A stretch of 64,000 nt of DNA from Zygnema circumcarinatum SAG 698-1b (GCA_037447605.1 CM074819.1:1572297-1636296), one strand, 5' to 3'; counted from the first letter of the stretch, positions 22,414 to 45,536 are shown. Translations and numbers: made by a program. The notes: a model not told the origin generated them from the sequence alone.

Positions 22414-25400
22414 ATGGTGTGGTTCCAATGCGATGATTGTGGCGAGAATCTAAAGAAGCCCAAACTCTCCGCTCATTTCCAGCGCTGCTCCGGCTGCAAG
22501 GTGAGGGGGAGGGGGCCTTCGCAATGGAGATGCTCACATGGGGGGGGGCAGAATGAAGGCATTGAATGGCGTTTATCTTACACGGGCGATAACCACATGT
22601 GTAAACAGCGAAAGTTCAGAATTCAGGGTTCATTTTGAGGTTAGAGGGAATATTGTCTGTAATTCAGAATGCAAGGTCTGGTTCCGCATTTCCCCGCTTG
22701 ATAAAGTAGATTTTTTTCTTTAATAGGTGGAGAGAGAGTGAGAGAGAGTGAGAGCGAGAGAGAGAGAGAGAGATCTGAATGAGCGCGTATTAGCAGAAGA
22801 TTGATTCAAAACTAACTACGGTCAATGCGGTGTCTCTCGACTTCGACTTCTTTTTCGTTCAATTCTGTAACGTAAATGCAAAAATCAAATCAATTTCTTC
22901 AATCAGCTTTGCTTTTTTTTTTACCACTTTTTCAAGTTTTTCTTATTTTTGTTTCCTGGTAAGTTTTTTAACAAAAATAAATTTTGGGGCGGGCACAGTA
23001 TTCATGCATTGATTGCGGCACCACGTTTGACCGGCAGTCAGTGCAGGGCCACACCTCCTGCATCACGGAGGAGGTGAGAGTAAGAAGTCAATCGAAAATA
23101 AATTTAACAATCATGTTATTAAGTTATAAGAAAACCCCTTTGCAAATTGTTTTCTGTTAACTGGAAGCACTAGTGTTTGAAAAAAAAAAAAAACCAAAGG
23201 AAGGTTTTCAATTTTGTAGTATATGTTCGTATTTCCTTTGCACTCACTCCGTAGGCCATTTCCCTTTCCTTTTTTGTCCACTTTCTCCCTCCCTCTCTCT
23301 CCCTCTCTCCCCACTTTCCCCCTCTTTTCCTCTTCTGCAGGAGAAGTTTGGGCCCAAAATGAATGGCAAGCCCTTATCTGAAAAGAAATCGAAGTCGACT
23401 TCGAAGGAGGACGGCACCGACCGTCAGTTGGGGCTCTCTCAGAAGCCGCCCTGGCGCTGCAGGTGGGGGGATGTGCGCTTTATTCGGTGGGAGTGAGAGA
23501 GAGAGAGGGAGAGAGGGAGAGTGGGAAAAAGGGAGAGTGGGAGTGAGGGAGAGAGGGAGAGGTAGAGGGAGAGAGGGAGAGGTAGAGGGAGAGAGGGAGA
23601 GAGGGAGAGAGGGAGAGAGAGAGAGGGAGAGAGGGAGAGAGGGAGAGAGGGAGAGAGGGAGAGGGAGAGGGAGGGAGGGAGGGAGGGAGGGAGGAGGGAG
23701 GGAGGGAGGGGGAGAGGGGGAGAGGTGGGAGTGGGGGAGAGGGGGGAATGGGGGAGGGGGAAGAGAGGGAGGCCTTACAGGTTATGAGTTTTTTTTTTTG
23801 GAGTACGTTTTCATTTGGTTTGTTTTCTTTTTCTTTAAAGTATCTTTGGTGGGTCATTTGTATGCAGCCTCTGTAAAGTCAACGCTACGAGTCGAGATAC
23901 ACTTCAGTCGCATGCTGAGGGGAAGAAGCACGGGGCCAAAGCTAGGGCTGCTATGAAGGAGGCGGGAGAGACGAAGGGAGAGGGAGAGGCAGGGAAGGGA
24001 GAGGGAGGGAGAAGAGAGGTGGTCGAGAATGGAGAGGTGAAGACGGGAGAGGAAAATAAGGGTGAAGGAGAGAATGGAGAGGTGGAGAAGGCAGAGGTAA
24101 AGAAGGAAGCGGTAGAAGGCAAGAAGAAGGATGGTGGGAGGGAGGAGAAGAAGAGGAAGAAGAGGGAGGGAGAGGAGGAGAACGGGGAGAAGGTGGGAGG
24201 GAAAGAGGGAGTTGAGGGGAAGGGCGAAGGTGGGGGGGAGGTAGAGGATGGGAAGAAGAGAAAGAAGGGAGAGGAGGGAGGGAAGGAGAAGGTAGGGAAG
24301 GGTGTAAAGGAGGGGAAGAAGAGGGTGGGAGAGAAGGGTGAGAGGAAAGCTGAAGAGGTAGATGAAGTGAGAGAGGGTAATGGGGAGGTAGGAAATGGCA
24401 GACATAAGGGCGAGGACGAAATGAGTGACAAGAAGGGTGAAGGGAAGGGAGGTAAGGGAGGAGCAAAAGTAGAGGTCAGAGAGGGAGAGGAGAGCGGAAA
24501 GGGAGAAAGGAAGAGAGGGAAAAAGGAAAAGGCAGCGGGAGGTGAAGTTAAGTCTGAGGTGAATGGAGTAATTATAGTGAACAGGGATGATGGGAAGAGT
24601 GAGAAGGGGAAGGAAGAGGTAGTACAAGCGAGTGCTGAGCAGGGAGGAGCTCCTAAAAGGGAGACAGGAAAAGGAAAGAAGAAGGCTGGGAAGAAGGAGA
24701 AGATAGTAGAAGCGGAGGGAGTAAAAGGAGAGGGAGAGAAGAAGGGTGCGGAGGACGAGGGAAAGACCGAGTTAGCAGATGATGGTGGAGAAGGAGGAAA
24801 GGAGAAAATAAAGAAGAAAAGAAAGATGAGTTCTGGAGATGCAAAGACTGAAGGTAAAGATGATGGAGAGAAGGAGAAGGAGGTTCAGGAGGAAGTGGAG
24901 GCAGAGAGCAACAAAAAGCTTAAGGGAGAGAAGAAGATCAAGTGGGTGAAACTCATATCAAACGCCATTTCAAAGGTAAATTAGTCAATTTCAAATGAGT
25001 AAAACTGCTTTATTCGTGAGAGATCCTCGCACGAATGTCTCCTTGGAATTGATCTTAGACTCGTTTGGGGGTCCCCAGAACGAGGAGAGCGAGAAAAGAA
25101 GAGAGAGAGGGAGTGGATCCCGAAAGATGAAAGGGAGAGAGAGAGAGAGAGAGGAAGGGAGGGAGAGGGAGAGGGAGATGATAAGCAGGGGGTTGGGCTT
25201 GGCAGGATTCAAAGGGAACTTCACTCAAGGAGCTGAAAAAGACGGTCCTTTCGGAAGCGGAAAAAGCTGCGAAGGAATTCGGATTGAATGTGGGCTTGGA
25301 AGGGTTAAGTGAAGAATTGGAACGGCAGGTAAGGGAGCGTTCACACTTAACAATGACAAGAAAAAGTACAAAAAATCTAGACATTTTAGAGAAGGGAGAG

Positions 25401-25681
25401 AGAGAGAGGGAGAGAAGGCAAACAGACATTGATTGACAAAAAGGGTCAAAGAAAGGTTCAAGGAGAGTTGAGTGGGGTGCTCAGAAATGTGAAAAAAAGT
25501 CGATCGATTTGGTTTTGGGTTTCGTTTCAGAACTGATATGTTTTGTTCTTCTCCTCTCTCTCTCCCCNNNNNNNNNNCCCCCCCCCCCCCCCCTCTCTTT
25601 CTGTCTTGGCTGATTTGGCAGTTGAAGGACGGAAAGAAGTTCGTTGTCGAGGGGAAAAAAGTGAAGTTGAAAAGCAGTTAA
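22414..25681 (+). CDS. LYAR: LYAR-type C2HC zinc-finger nucleolar protein with additional C2H2 (U1-like) finger and Lys/Glu-rich linker
   Basis: [25 protein letters not shown] / [10 protein letters not shown]...GHTSCITEE / EKFGPK...PPWRC / [21 protein letters not shown], a ~1 kb K/E-rich exon ending KIKWVKLI, and last exon [19 protein letters not shown]. An N gap at 25568 may hide an exon. Confidence 0.9.
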
Positions 25682-26902
25682 GCGTAGGAGCCACTTTAGA
25701 ATTGGCGCGAGAGAGAGATAGAGATAGAGAGTGAGAGAGAGAGAGAGATGCAGCAGAGAGAGCGAGAGACAGAACAAGGCTGATAGCTCCTACAAATAGC
25801 TGGAGGCTTATTCTCCTTGACGTTGAAGGAAGCCTTCAATTTCGAAGGTGCTGATTTTCGCTATTTGGGCTCGATGGCTTGTCATAATTCATGTAATTTC
25901 CATGTCATGTATTGGGGGAAAGCCTTTGACCTCTCCTGGCTAGGGAGGGGAGAGAGACGAAGCAGAGGTAGTGTCAAAAGAGAGACGGAGGGGAGAATGT
26001 GGGGGGTGGGAGGGGTGGGGGGGGGGGAAGTGGAGTGAGTGGGAGGGAGGGAGGGAGGGAGGGAAGGAGGGAGGGAGGGAGAGGGAGGAGGGTAGGGCAA
26101 CTTTTTTGGTCGGTTGATCCTCTTCTTTTCCGGTTCGTTTGGTTGCGTTTTCGTGCCTTCTGCTTTCGAAGTGTTTCTTCTCATGTTTGTGAAACGCATG
26201 GGAGGAGAGGTAGGGAGGTTGGGGAGAGGTAGATGGGAGAGCAGGCAGAGAGAGAGAGGAGTCTACAAGCATTCACATCCATTCTTCCATCTCAACATTG
26301 TTAGCCATCGGCTCCCCCCCCCCTCTCTTTCTCTCTCTCATTCCCCTCCCTCTCTCATGCAGATCAGATACATAGTAAGAAACCATTCAGAGAACGTTCC
26401 AAGAATCAAAATAAGCTTATACTCGTCAAAAAATGAAAAGTCTAAACCAGCGGACTAACCAACAAAACCAACCATCCAAACCAAGCCAATCAAAGCAAAG
26501 CAAATGATCTACCTAAACAAACCAACTGACAGACCAACTAACCGACTAACAGACCGAGGACATATATTCGAGCACTTTCACAGACAAAATTTTCAGAGTC
26601 TAAGAGCCAATCCTCACCGTGCAAACCACACTTCGACAAAAAGCCACCGAATGTGAAACTGGCGCTAATCAATGATTACTAAACTACGCAAGATTTTTTA
26701 ATACTCCGACTAAAGTCCTAACTCGCATCTCTTCCCTCACAGCATGGGCGACTTCTAAAAGACGAGCTCTCCCCTCTCTCTCTCTCTCTCTCCCTCCCTC
26801 CCACTCTCCCTCTCTGCCACTGTCCATTTCTTTTCTCTGTCTGTCTCTCCCCATCTGTCTCACTGACTCTAGACTGCTTTACTTTCACCAACTTTGCTTT
26901 CT

Positions 26903-30605
<3,703 letters not shown>

Positions 30606-31241
30606 TAGGGCACGGAAACGTGGCGGGCGGATAATTTGACACGTGGCATGGGGGGGAACTGGCGGCGAATGGAGGGGCAACACGTGGCGGGGCGAGGAGG
30701 GGAGGGGGGACTGAAGGGGGAGAGGGAGAGGGAGGGAGGGAGGGAGTTGGAGGGGCAAAGGGAGAGGCTTCCCATGTGATACGAAAAATTCGCGCTTTTG
30801 TTTAACGGGGTTAATATGACATGTGTACGGTTAAGCTAGAAATCAAATTTTTGACATGTGACGTCGTTAGGAAAGTTTTATATGCTTTTTGCTGCAAAGA
30901 AATTTAGTTAAAAGGATTGTCAATGACGGAGAATTGCTATGTGCGCGGATATGACAAAATATCGAGGCTCATATTGACAATACGATATTCCGAGTATATC
31001 GGGAAAATATCGTATCGAGTGCTACAGTTTGTGCTGGAACTGGAATGGCTGCACTCAAAATCCCTAAACCTTCCTATACCCAAAAAACGGGCTACTTTTG
31101 TTAATAAAACTCAAAAACATATCGAAATTTTTTCATGAACTTTTCAACCCCATTGACATGTGTGAAGCCGATGACAAAACCCACATTGCCAAATTTGAAA
31201 ATTAGACACAAAATTCACCGAAACCAAGCCCTTCAATTTCA

Positions 31242-38182
<6,941 letters not shown>

Positions 38183-38336
38183 GGCGGGGAGGCGCTGCGC
38201 CGCGACAACGCTCTGTGCGAGTTCACGGAGCGGGTCGTGAAGCGAAAACGGAACTGGAAACTGCTAGTGCATGAAAGGGCCATACTCTCCACTATACCGA
38301 CGCCAATAGGATATGTATCGATACGTAATAATCCTA

Positions 38337-38914
38337 CACAGATCGGACCATTAGACAAACCAGTCGACTGGTTGGCAACCAGTGGTTGCGGACCGAAACA
38401 ACCATTCGACTGGTTTGGAACCAGTGGATGCCACTGGTTCGCAACCAGTCGACTGGTTGCCAACCAGTGGCATCCACTGGTTCCAAACCAGTCGACTGGT
38501 TGCCAACCAGTGGTTGCGGACCGAAACAACCATTCGACTGGTTGCCAACCAGTGGCATCCACTGGTTGGAAACCAGTCGACTGGTTGCGAACCAGTGGCG
38601 CAGGACTGAAACAACCATTCGACTGGTTCGGAACCAGTGATCCAATGGTTGGCAACCATTAAATTGTCGGTGTACGGATCTAAATATTTTTCGTACGATT
38701 TTCCGGCAATTTTAACCAACCATTTGATTTAATGGATATAACCATTCGACTGGTTGCCAACCAGTGCTGCCGGATCGAAACAACCATTCGACTGGTTTCC
38801 AACCAGTGGATGCCACTGGTTCACAACCAGTCGACTGGTTGCCGACCAGTAGACGTCCAACCATTGCCATCCAATGGTTGTCCAATGGTTGCCGATCCAC
38901 TGGTCCGAACTGTG
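38337..38914. mobile_element. Non-autonomous DNA transposon (MITE, hAT-type by 8-bp TSD) filled with palindromic 42/43-bp repeats
   Basis: TIR CACAGATCGGACCA (38337-38350) pairs with TGGTCCGAACTGTG (38901-38914), 13/14 match. Exact TSD TAATCCTA at 38329-38336 and 38915-38922. Confidence 0.88.
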
Positions 38915-39450
38915 TAATCCTATCGGTTCGTAACGGAGTTCCGGAGTTCGGAAAAACCGTTGGACCGAGCGTGATGTGACGGATTCAGTTCCATGCACAG
39001 TTCTGGCGCCGCGTGCAACGCGTTGACAGGTTCCATGTGGGCGCGTTCTGCTTACGTGGTGCTGATGTGGTCCTTCTTCCAATACGACGTCGTCACGTGG
39101 CAGTCAAGAATCCGTCTCGATGCTCCCGCCACGGCGGCTCGCAGTCAACGACCCGCCGTGATCGCAGCCAATTTTGGCCGCCACGTGGCGAGTTATAATT
39201 GATCCGCGTCATTGCAAAATAGGTTTTCCACACTTTTAGCGTGAACCGCACGATCCGACACGTGACGCAGTTTGTGTCCGCAAGATGGAGGGCCGGCGTC
39301 GCATGCAGCGGCATGCAAAGCTTGGCTTCGTTCGAGGCCGCTCGCTTCTCGCAATAGTGGAAGGACGCGCATGCGAGGGGAATATGAAACCGTTATAATT
39401 TTTCAGTGATGGAGATGAATATAAAATACCAGGCATTTTTAGAGGGAATC

Positions 39451-39495
<45 letters not shown>

Positions 39496-39508
39496 GGAAA
39501 CCCCCCTC

Positions 39509-40359
39509 ATGGATTCGCATCAACTTGGCAGAATTGAAGCGTACGAAAAATCTGTACGCCTCTTGGAAGAGGCAGCGGAGGGTGGGAGAATGGAGCAAAG
39601 CTGGGAGGTGGAGGCCAACGCATGGCTTGGCCTTGCAGATTTGGCGATAACCCAAGTTAAGCACTTGCATAAAGTGCGCATGAATCTTCAAACAGGGGGA
39701 AACGTGAGGCCAAATTTCACATGCTCCATTCTTTTGTGGTTTATGGACACCTTTCTTACGTATGTTCAGTAAAAAAATTCAATACTGTCACGAGCAATAA
39801 ATTTGTTTCGAATGTTAATTTCGAAAACTTGTCAGCCACTGATTCCCTTTTCAGAGTTGAAATAGCAAAACAGTACACACTCGAATTTCAGATTTCTTTC
39901 ATCAATTCATTGGTCAGCCCCCCCTCCCCCCCCAAAAACTGAAATCCTGGTCCCGCCCTTGTGTAGTTTGTTGCTCGGGAAGAACAACTCCGCCTTCTCG
40001 TCGATGCCAAACAACATTGCCAACATGTTGCACACCATGAAGCGCCATGTGTTCGTACCAAGACTTCGTTGGGCCGCCGCGCTCAAAGGCTGTTAGACGA
40101 TGACCTCCCTGCGCTTGAAGCGATGGTTCGCGAAGCGCCATTTTGGCAGACTGTGACTGATGAAGAGAGACGCCAAATCAAAGAGGCTATGGCGCTTCCC
40201 GCAAAGCACTGGTACAGGTGTCCCAACGGGCACACGTACGCCATAGGCGAGTGCGGAGGGGCCAATGAGGAGTCGAATTGTTCAGAGTGCGGGGCGGTTG
40301 TAGGAGGGAGAGCTTATGGTCTCGCGGCTGGAAATGAAAGAGACAATAGCATGGGATGA
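39509..40359 (+). CDS. Stand-alone RZ-type zinc-finger protein (195 aa, 2 exons), partial paralog of the ZNFX1 C-terminus
   Basis: Exon 1 39509-39703, GT-AG intron 39704-39966, exon 2 39967-40359. HWYRCPNGHTYAIGECGGANEESNCSECGAVVGG is an RZ finger. The phase-0 intron is at the same position as the last ZNFX1 intron. Confidence 0.85.
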
Positions 40360-40933
40360 TGGTAGTTTAGTCATTCTCATGGTGGTGGTCAATGCCATGA
40401 TACCTTCGTTTGTTCCGTTGTGGCTTGGAGTGATTCCTTCCCAAGTCCATAAATTTTAGTTGGTGGGGTCGCTCCACAGACCTTGCTTGTCAGGAAAGGA
40501 AGAGCTTGCCGCTATAAGCACGGAGCCCTCAATTGTGCATCTAACAAAGGTGTGCGCAGAGTGTTCTTGCGATTGAGCCACAACGCAGTGCTCCCATTGT
40601 TGGCGGTGGGCCTGAGGGCGCGTTGCAATGGTTCAACTTGAGCTACCCCTTCAGCACTATGCGCACGTGGTCAGACTTTGCTTATGTAATTTTGAACTTG
40701 CGGACGTTGAATGATTTGGAGTCCGGGACGGTGGGTGGACCCCTCGTACCCGAATGGGCAAATGGGGTAAACGAACGAATCTACAGAACCAACAGAGGTA
40801 CAATCAGGTACAGTCAAGGAAAGTCAAGTACGGTCACGTACAGTAAGATACGGTCAGGTACGGTCATGCAAGGCCATGTACGGTCATGTACGCTCAGGGT
40901 GAGTCGGGAGACTCGGGAGTCGGGAGTCGGGAC

Positions 40934-42066
40934 TAGGGATGGCTTAATTACGACTATATAATCTATATTATATTATATAACTGTGACGACTAAATAACGG
41001 CTGTTATATAATACTTTACAACGCCTTTACAACATGTACGGTCGTACGATTGTACGGTATTATGCGGTGAAGACAGATGTAGCGTAACGGAGCTGCGTTT
41101 GACGGATCCGCGCCCGTTCAGTTGTACTTGACATGTTCATATTCAGTGTCACGGACCGGCCTGATCCAGGAATTGCCGACGGAAAATGCGAGACGGCGGC
41201 GCCATTTGTTGGCGGCCCACGGGACAGCACACCATCCAGCTAGGCGCACTCGGAAGCGCCGCNNNNNNNNNNCGGACAGATTCTGTACCTCCCCTCTGGC
41301 CTTCCTGTTCCTTTCCCCAACGAACGCATGGAGATTCTGGATGTCGCCCACGATTCCCAGCCCGGCGGATTCCACCTTGGCCAGAAGAAGATGGTCGCTC
41401 TGCTGCAGGAGCGTTATTATTGGCCCGGCCTCCATGGCGCGGTGAGCCGCTACATCGACACCTGCACCCGCTGCCAACGCGGCAAGCGCTCTGCTCCCCC
41501 CGACCGCCAACCCCTGGAGATGGGTGAGATCCCAATACGCGGCGTCGCCGAAGACTGGAACATCGACACCTTTTCTATTCCCCAGCTCGGCACCCCCTCT
41601 GGCTACATTCGAGTCTTCCTAGCCGTGGACAGATACACCAAGTGGGTGGANNNNNNNNNNGATCCCTACGTCTTCCGCTGCGCGTACCTCTGAATCTCCC
41701 GGATCCTGGCTCTATGCTGCAGGCAGACCCACAGGACCAACACAACCCTTCGTCAGTTTCAGCACGGACGCGCGAGTGGCCGTACAGCACCTGCAACTAG
41801 CTCAGCAGTCTCCTCTTAACCCCACTTATCTTGTGCTACACAGAGTGAACCAGACGGACGCATTTCGCAACGCCAACGCCAAAACGACCTAATTTTGGTA
41901 TGGTACGGTCTGGTATGGTACGACCGTACGAGTACGGTCGTTAATTGTTCAAAACAAGTGGGTATAATATATGTAATAAAGTGTTTTACTTTGTACTATA
42001 TTACTACTTTTAAACCCGTTGTAAAGTATATAATATAGTCGGACTTTATAACGCGGGCCATCCCTA
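40934..42066. mobile_element. Non-autonomous hAT (Ac/Ds-like) element
   Basis: TIR TAGGGATGGC (40934-40943) pairs with GCCATCCCTA (42057-42066), like the Ac/Ds TAGGGATG terminus. Exact 8-bp TSD GTCGGGAC at 40926-40933 and 42067-42074. Inverted subterminal blocks TACTTTACAACG and GTACGGTCGTAC are present. Confidence 0.9.
41273..41650 (+). mobile_element. Ty3/Gypsy-type integrase fragment (H2C2 zinc-binding domain plus start of the rve core)
   Basis: ILDVAHDSQPGGFHLGQKKMVALLQERYYWPGLHGAVSRYIDTCTRCQRGK...WNIDTF...FLAVDRYTKW. Bounded by N gaps on both sides. Confidence 0.88.
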
Positions 42067-43591
42067 GTCGGGACAAGCCGGCGGTCGTTGACCGTCGCTG
42101 TTTGTTGACTTATACGGCGGAATGCTGTCGGTGGATTTTGGATTCTAGCGACAGGAAGTGGCAGCCAATGAGCGGGCGTGACGTAGGGGTCCGTACTCTG
42201 ACGTTACTGGCTAATCATGGCTAACCACATGGTAACCAAAAAATGACTTTATGGAGGGCAGTTGACCGCTCATTGCTCGCCTTCGAAAAGTTGACTCGAG
42301 GGGCATTCGGAGAAAGTTGAGAATGACGTGGATCAATGGGTGACTGCCACATCGGACAGCTGTGAGATTTGTGATTACGTGGCGGTCGGTTATTGGTTTA
42401 CGCATTATTCGGTACCGCACCGTCGACTGAATTTTGACCGATGACGATAGGTCGAAATTATTTTTTTCAATGGCGGCCAGACATCGGTCAGCCTAAATGT
42501 GACACGTTTCTGTCCCTCATTCGTCGACCGACAGCCGAAAGGTCAGGAAAAAAGCAGAATTTTTTTCGATTGGTCGAAATAAATTGTCGTATGTGCCGTT
42601 CGCACGGTCGGGCACCCGTTCCGTAACTCTCAAAAATATTTTCTCTGCTGCTCAGATAAAATTTAATTCTCAATGTAAATATTTCTGACATTCTGATCCC
42701 TTTCCTTCCATCCTTTTTCACTTCCCACTCTGGGAAAATTTGTTTTATCCTGCCCGTAGACGCGACCCCTTTCGACTGAAAATTTATACAAGAAGTTTTT
42801 TCCTTAAAAAAAACGTTTTTCTGCCCGTCGCTGGGCCTCCCCCCCTCCCAGAGCGGCGAGCTCGGGACTTTTTTATCTAATTTTGTGGCAGAGGGGGAGG
42901 TGGGAGGGGAGGTCTCGGAACCCTAATTTTTCTTTTCTTTAAAGGGAAAATTTACCTACTATTTAGGATTTAGGGTTTTTGGAGCTGCAAAGGGGAGAGA
43001 GCCTATTGGGGTTACTCCTGCCTTCCCCCACCCCCCCCTCTCCCTTATTTATTTATTTATTCTTTAAGGGAGGAGGAGAGAGCAGATAAGTGAACTGACT
43101 GACTTAACTGACTTGAGAAGGAGGAGGAAATTTCAGCCGATGGGGCGTCTCTAATTGGTTGAAAAAGGGTAGAAATCTCTTTTTTTTGGCTAATTCAGCT
43201 AACCCTAATCTTGTGATATCCTCCTCTGAAAGGGAGGGAGATGGTGAAGTGAAGCTACTGGTTAGTTAGTTAGTTAAATGATCTTGACCATCAGCAGCCA
43301 TGAAAGATTCAGACCCATTTTTGTCTTTTTGACATCACGTAGAAGGCCATGCATTGTAGCTGCTCGAAAACCGGTTAACCAACGGTCTGTCTAACCGACT
43401 AAGTGGCTGACTGTCCAAACTAGCCAACTCGGAGTTCCTTGGGTAAAAAATAGGTCAATTTTTTTAACATACTCTTGGTCTCAGGACGCTCCTTATTACT
43501 GTTTTTTCTTTTTTTTTTTTTAAGTTCTTAATACTCGTGGTCCTCAGGGAGGTGCTCATTACTGTAGTTTTTTTTTTTTTTTAAGTTGTTA

Positions 43592-45536
43592 ATGGCGTTT
43601 CCAGCCTCTCGGCGGACGGTGAGAAACTCTCTCTTTTCCCGCCAGACGCAGTCCGATGTCGGCCATGGGTCCCCGAAGGAGAGTCTCAAGGAGGGCAGCT
43701 CTTCAGAAACGCAAAAAGGCCCACAATGGGCCTCGCATAATTCCGTAATTTTTGGATCTTCAAAGCAAAAACCGGCGACATTTGACGGATTCCTCCAAAG
43801 GGTGTGCGGAAATGATGCTTCGGAAACGACCCACATCGGAAACCCACTTGAGGAAAATGTTGATTCGAGTGGGTCTGCATTGCATGGCGCGAGGAGCGAG
43901 AATAGGGCGGGCTTGGCGAGGCCAGGTGGCATGCTGGGAATGGTCCAATCGGGGAAAGGAGGGTCCCCTAAGCTCACTGATGGCTCAGTTGAGTACGCAA
44001 TTGAGCCCGACAGCATTTCCGGATTTGATATTAGGAAAGACTCCATAATCTTGAATCGGCCGTCGAATCTCAGTGATAGTGCTTTGCATGAGAGAGGGAG
44101 TCCGCAAAAACCCATGTCGAAAAGTGAACCATTTTCCGGAGATGTTGCATCTCCGACTGGTTCAGGGGGAGCTCTTAGAGCAGAGCAGCAAAGCAAGCAT
44201 CCCTCTAATAGACAGTTAGATTTAAGTACTGGAGACAGATTGGGGTCTTGCAGGAGGTTTCAAAAGGATGGTGAGTGGGAGGCGAGAGGGGGGTTGGTGG
44301 CAGTTCTATGGGACCCCGAGCCAAGAGAAGGGAGAGAGGTGTTGTTAGAGAGAGAGAGAGAGGCTCTGCTTGTGGCAGAGAAAGAGGCGGAGCGTCGGAA
44401 GGAGAGAGGAGAATTAATAATGAGTTCACTCGAGTCGCATCCTCTGGCTACACGGTTAACCGACTTACAAATTACGCGGCTGGTTGATGAGCTTCGGTCG
44501 GAGGACAGTTCGAAAAGGAAGGATGCAGTTCATCAACTGAGAATGCTGGCGAAATATTCCGAGGAAAACCGAGGTTTAATCGCAGATGTAGGTGGAATTG
44601 AGCCTTTGGGAAAGCTGCTAAGTGATAGCGATGATAGTATTGTATCTGAAGTTGTGACTGCACTGCTGAACCTTTCAATTCACAGTGGGAACAAAAAGAT
44701 CATGCATGGAGTGATTGAGCCATTAGTCAAAATGTTGGAGCACAAATCATGGGATACAAATGAGAATGCCGCTGCTACTTTGTTTAGTCTTTCAGTTCTC
44801 GACGAGTATAAGATCAAAATTGGAGCTTCAGGGGCTATTCCCTTCCTTACAGACATCCTCCGGAAGGGTTCAGAGCAAGGACAGAGGGATGCATGCAAAG
44901 CCCTTTTTAACCTCTCCATTCTCAGTACAAACAAATGGAGACTTGTTGAAGCAGGAGCTGTAGAAGTCCTAGTCAACCTTCTCCAAGAGCCTGCATCGGG
45001 AATGGCGGAGAAAGCAGTTTCAGTTTTGGCTAACTTGGCCACCATTCCGGAAGGGAGAGAAGCTTTAGCAGATGCATTCGACGGAATTTCTGGTTTAGTT
45101 GAAGTGGTCGAGTCGGGACTCCCCAGAGGGAAGGAGAATGCAGCGGCTGCTTTGTGGCATTTGGCCAAAAACGATCCCACACATCGCAAGCTGATTCTGC
45201 AGGAAGTCGTTATTCCGCCGCTTGTTGCTCTCGCGCAGACCGGAACAAGCAGAGCAAAGGAGAAGGTGGGTCTATTCTTTCTTTAATTTGAGCTTTTTCC
45301 CAATTTTCCGTACCTTCATTTGGGGTTCTCAAGTTGTTTTTTCTTAGTTTTATCTCCTAGAGGGTCTTGGGTGTGCGTTGGGAATGCATTTTGTCTGTTT
45401 TTGTCGCACATCATGAGATGTGATATCACATCATCTTCATTCACACATCGTGACGTCATCGTCTGACGTCATGTGATCTCTGTGGTTTGTGCAGGCCAAC
45501 CTACTGTTGACCGACTTCCGAGACAAGTGCGCGTAA
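43592..45536 (+). CDS. Armadillo-repeat protein, PUB4-like ARM domain; no U-box seen
   Basis: ITRLVDEL...LRMLAKYSEENR...GGIEPL...VTALLNLSI...ENAAATLFSLS...IGASGAIPFL...DACKALFNLS...EAGAV...EKAVSVLANLA...GKENAAAALW...IPPLVAL...RAKEK. Intron about 45266-45494, last exon ANLLLTDFRDKCA*. Confidence 0.9.

Noticed and set aside
38358-38840. CRISPR array (regularly spaced palindromic repeats)
   Set aside because: Spacers are only two recurring types sharing the repeat core, there are no cas genes, the context is eukaryotic, and TIR/TSD show it is a MITE.
43592-45536. ARM gene as the detached armadillo half of the ARK-like kinesin
   Set aside because: It lies 32 kb away with several genes between, and the ARM repeats are PUB-type.
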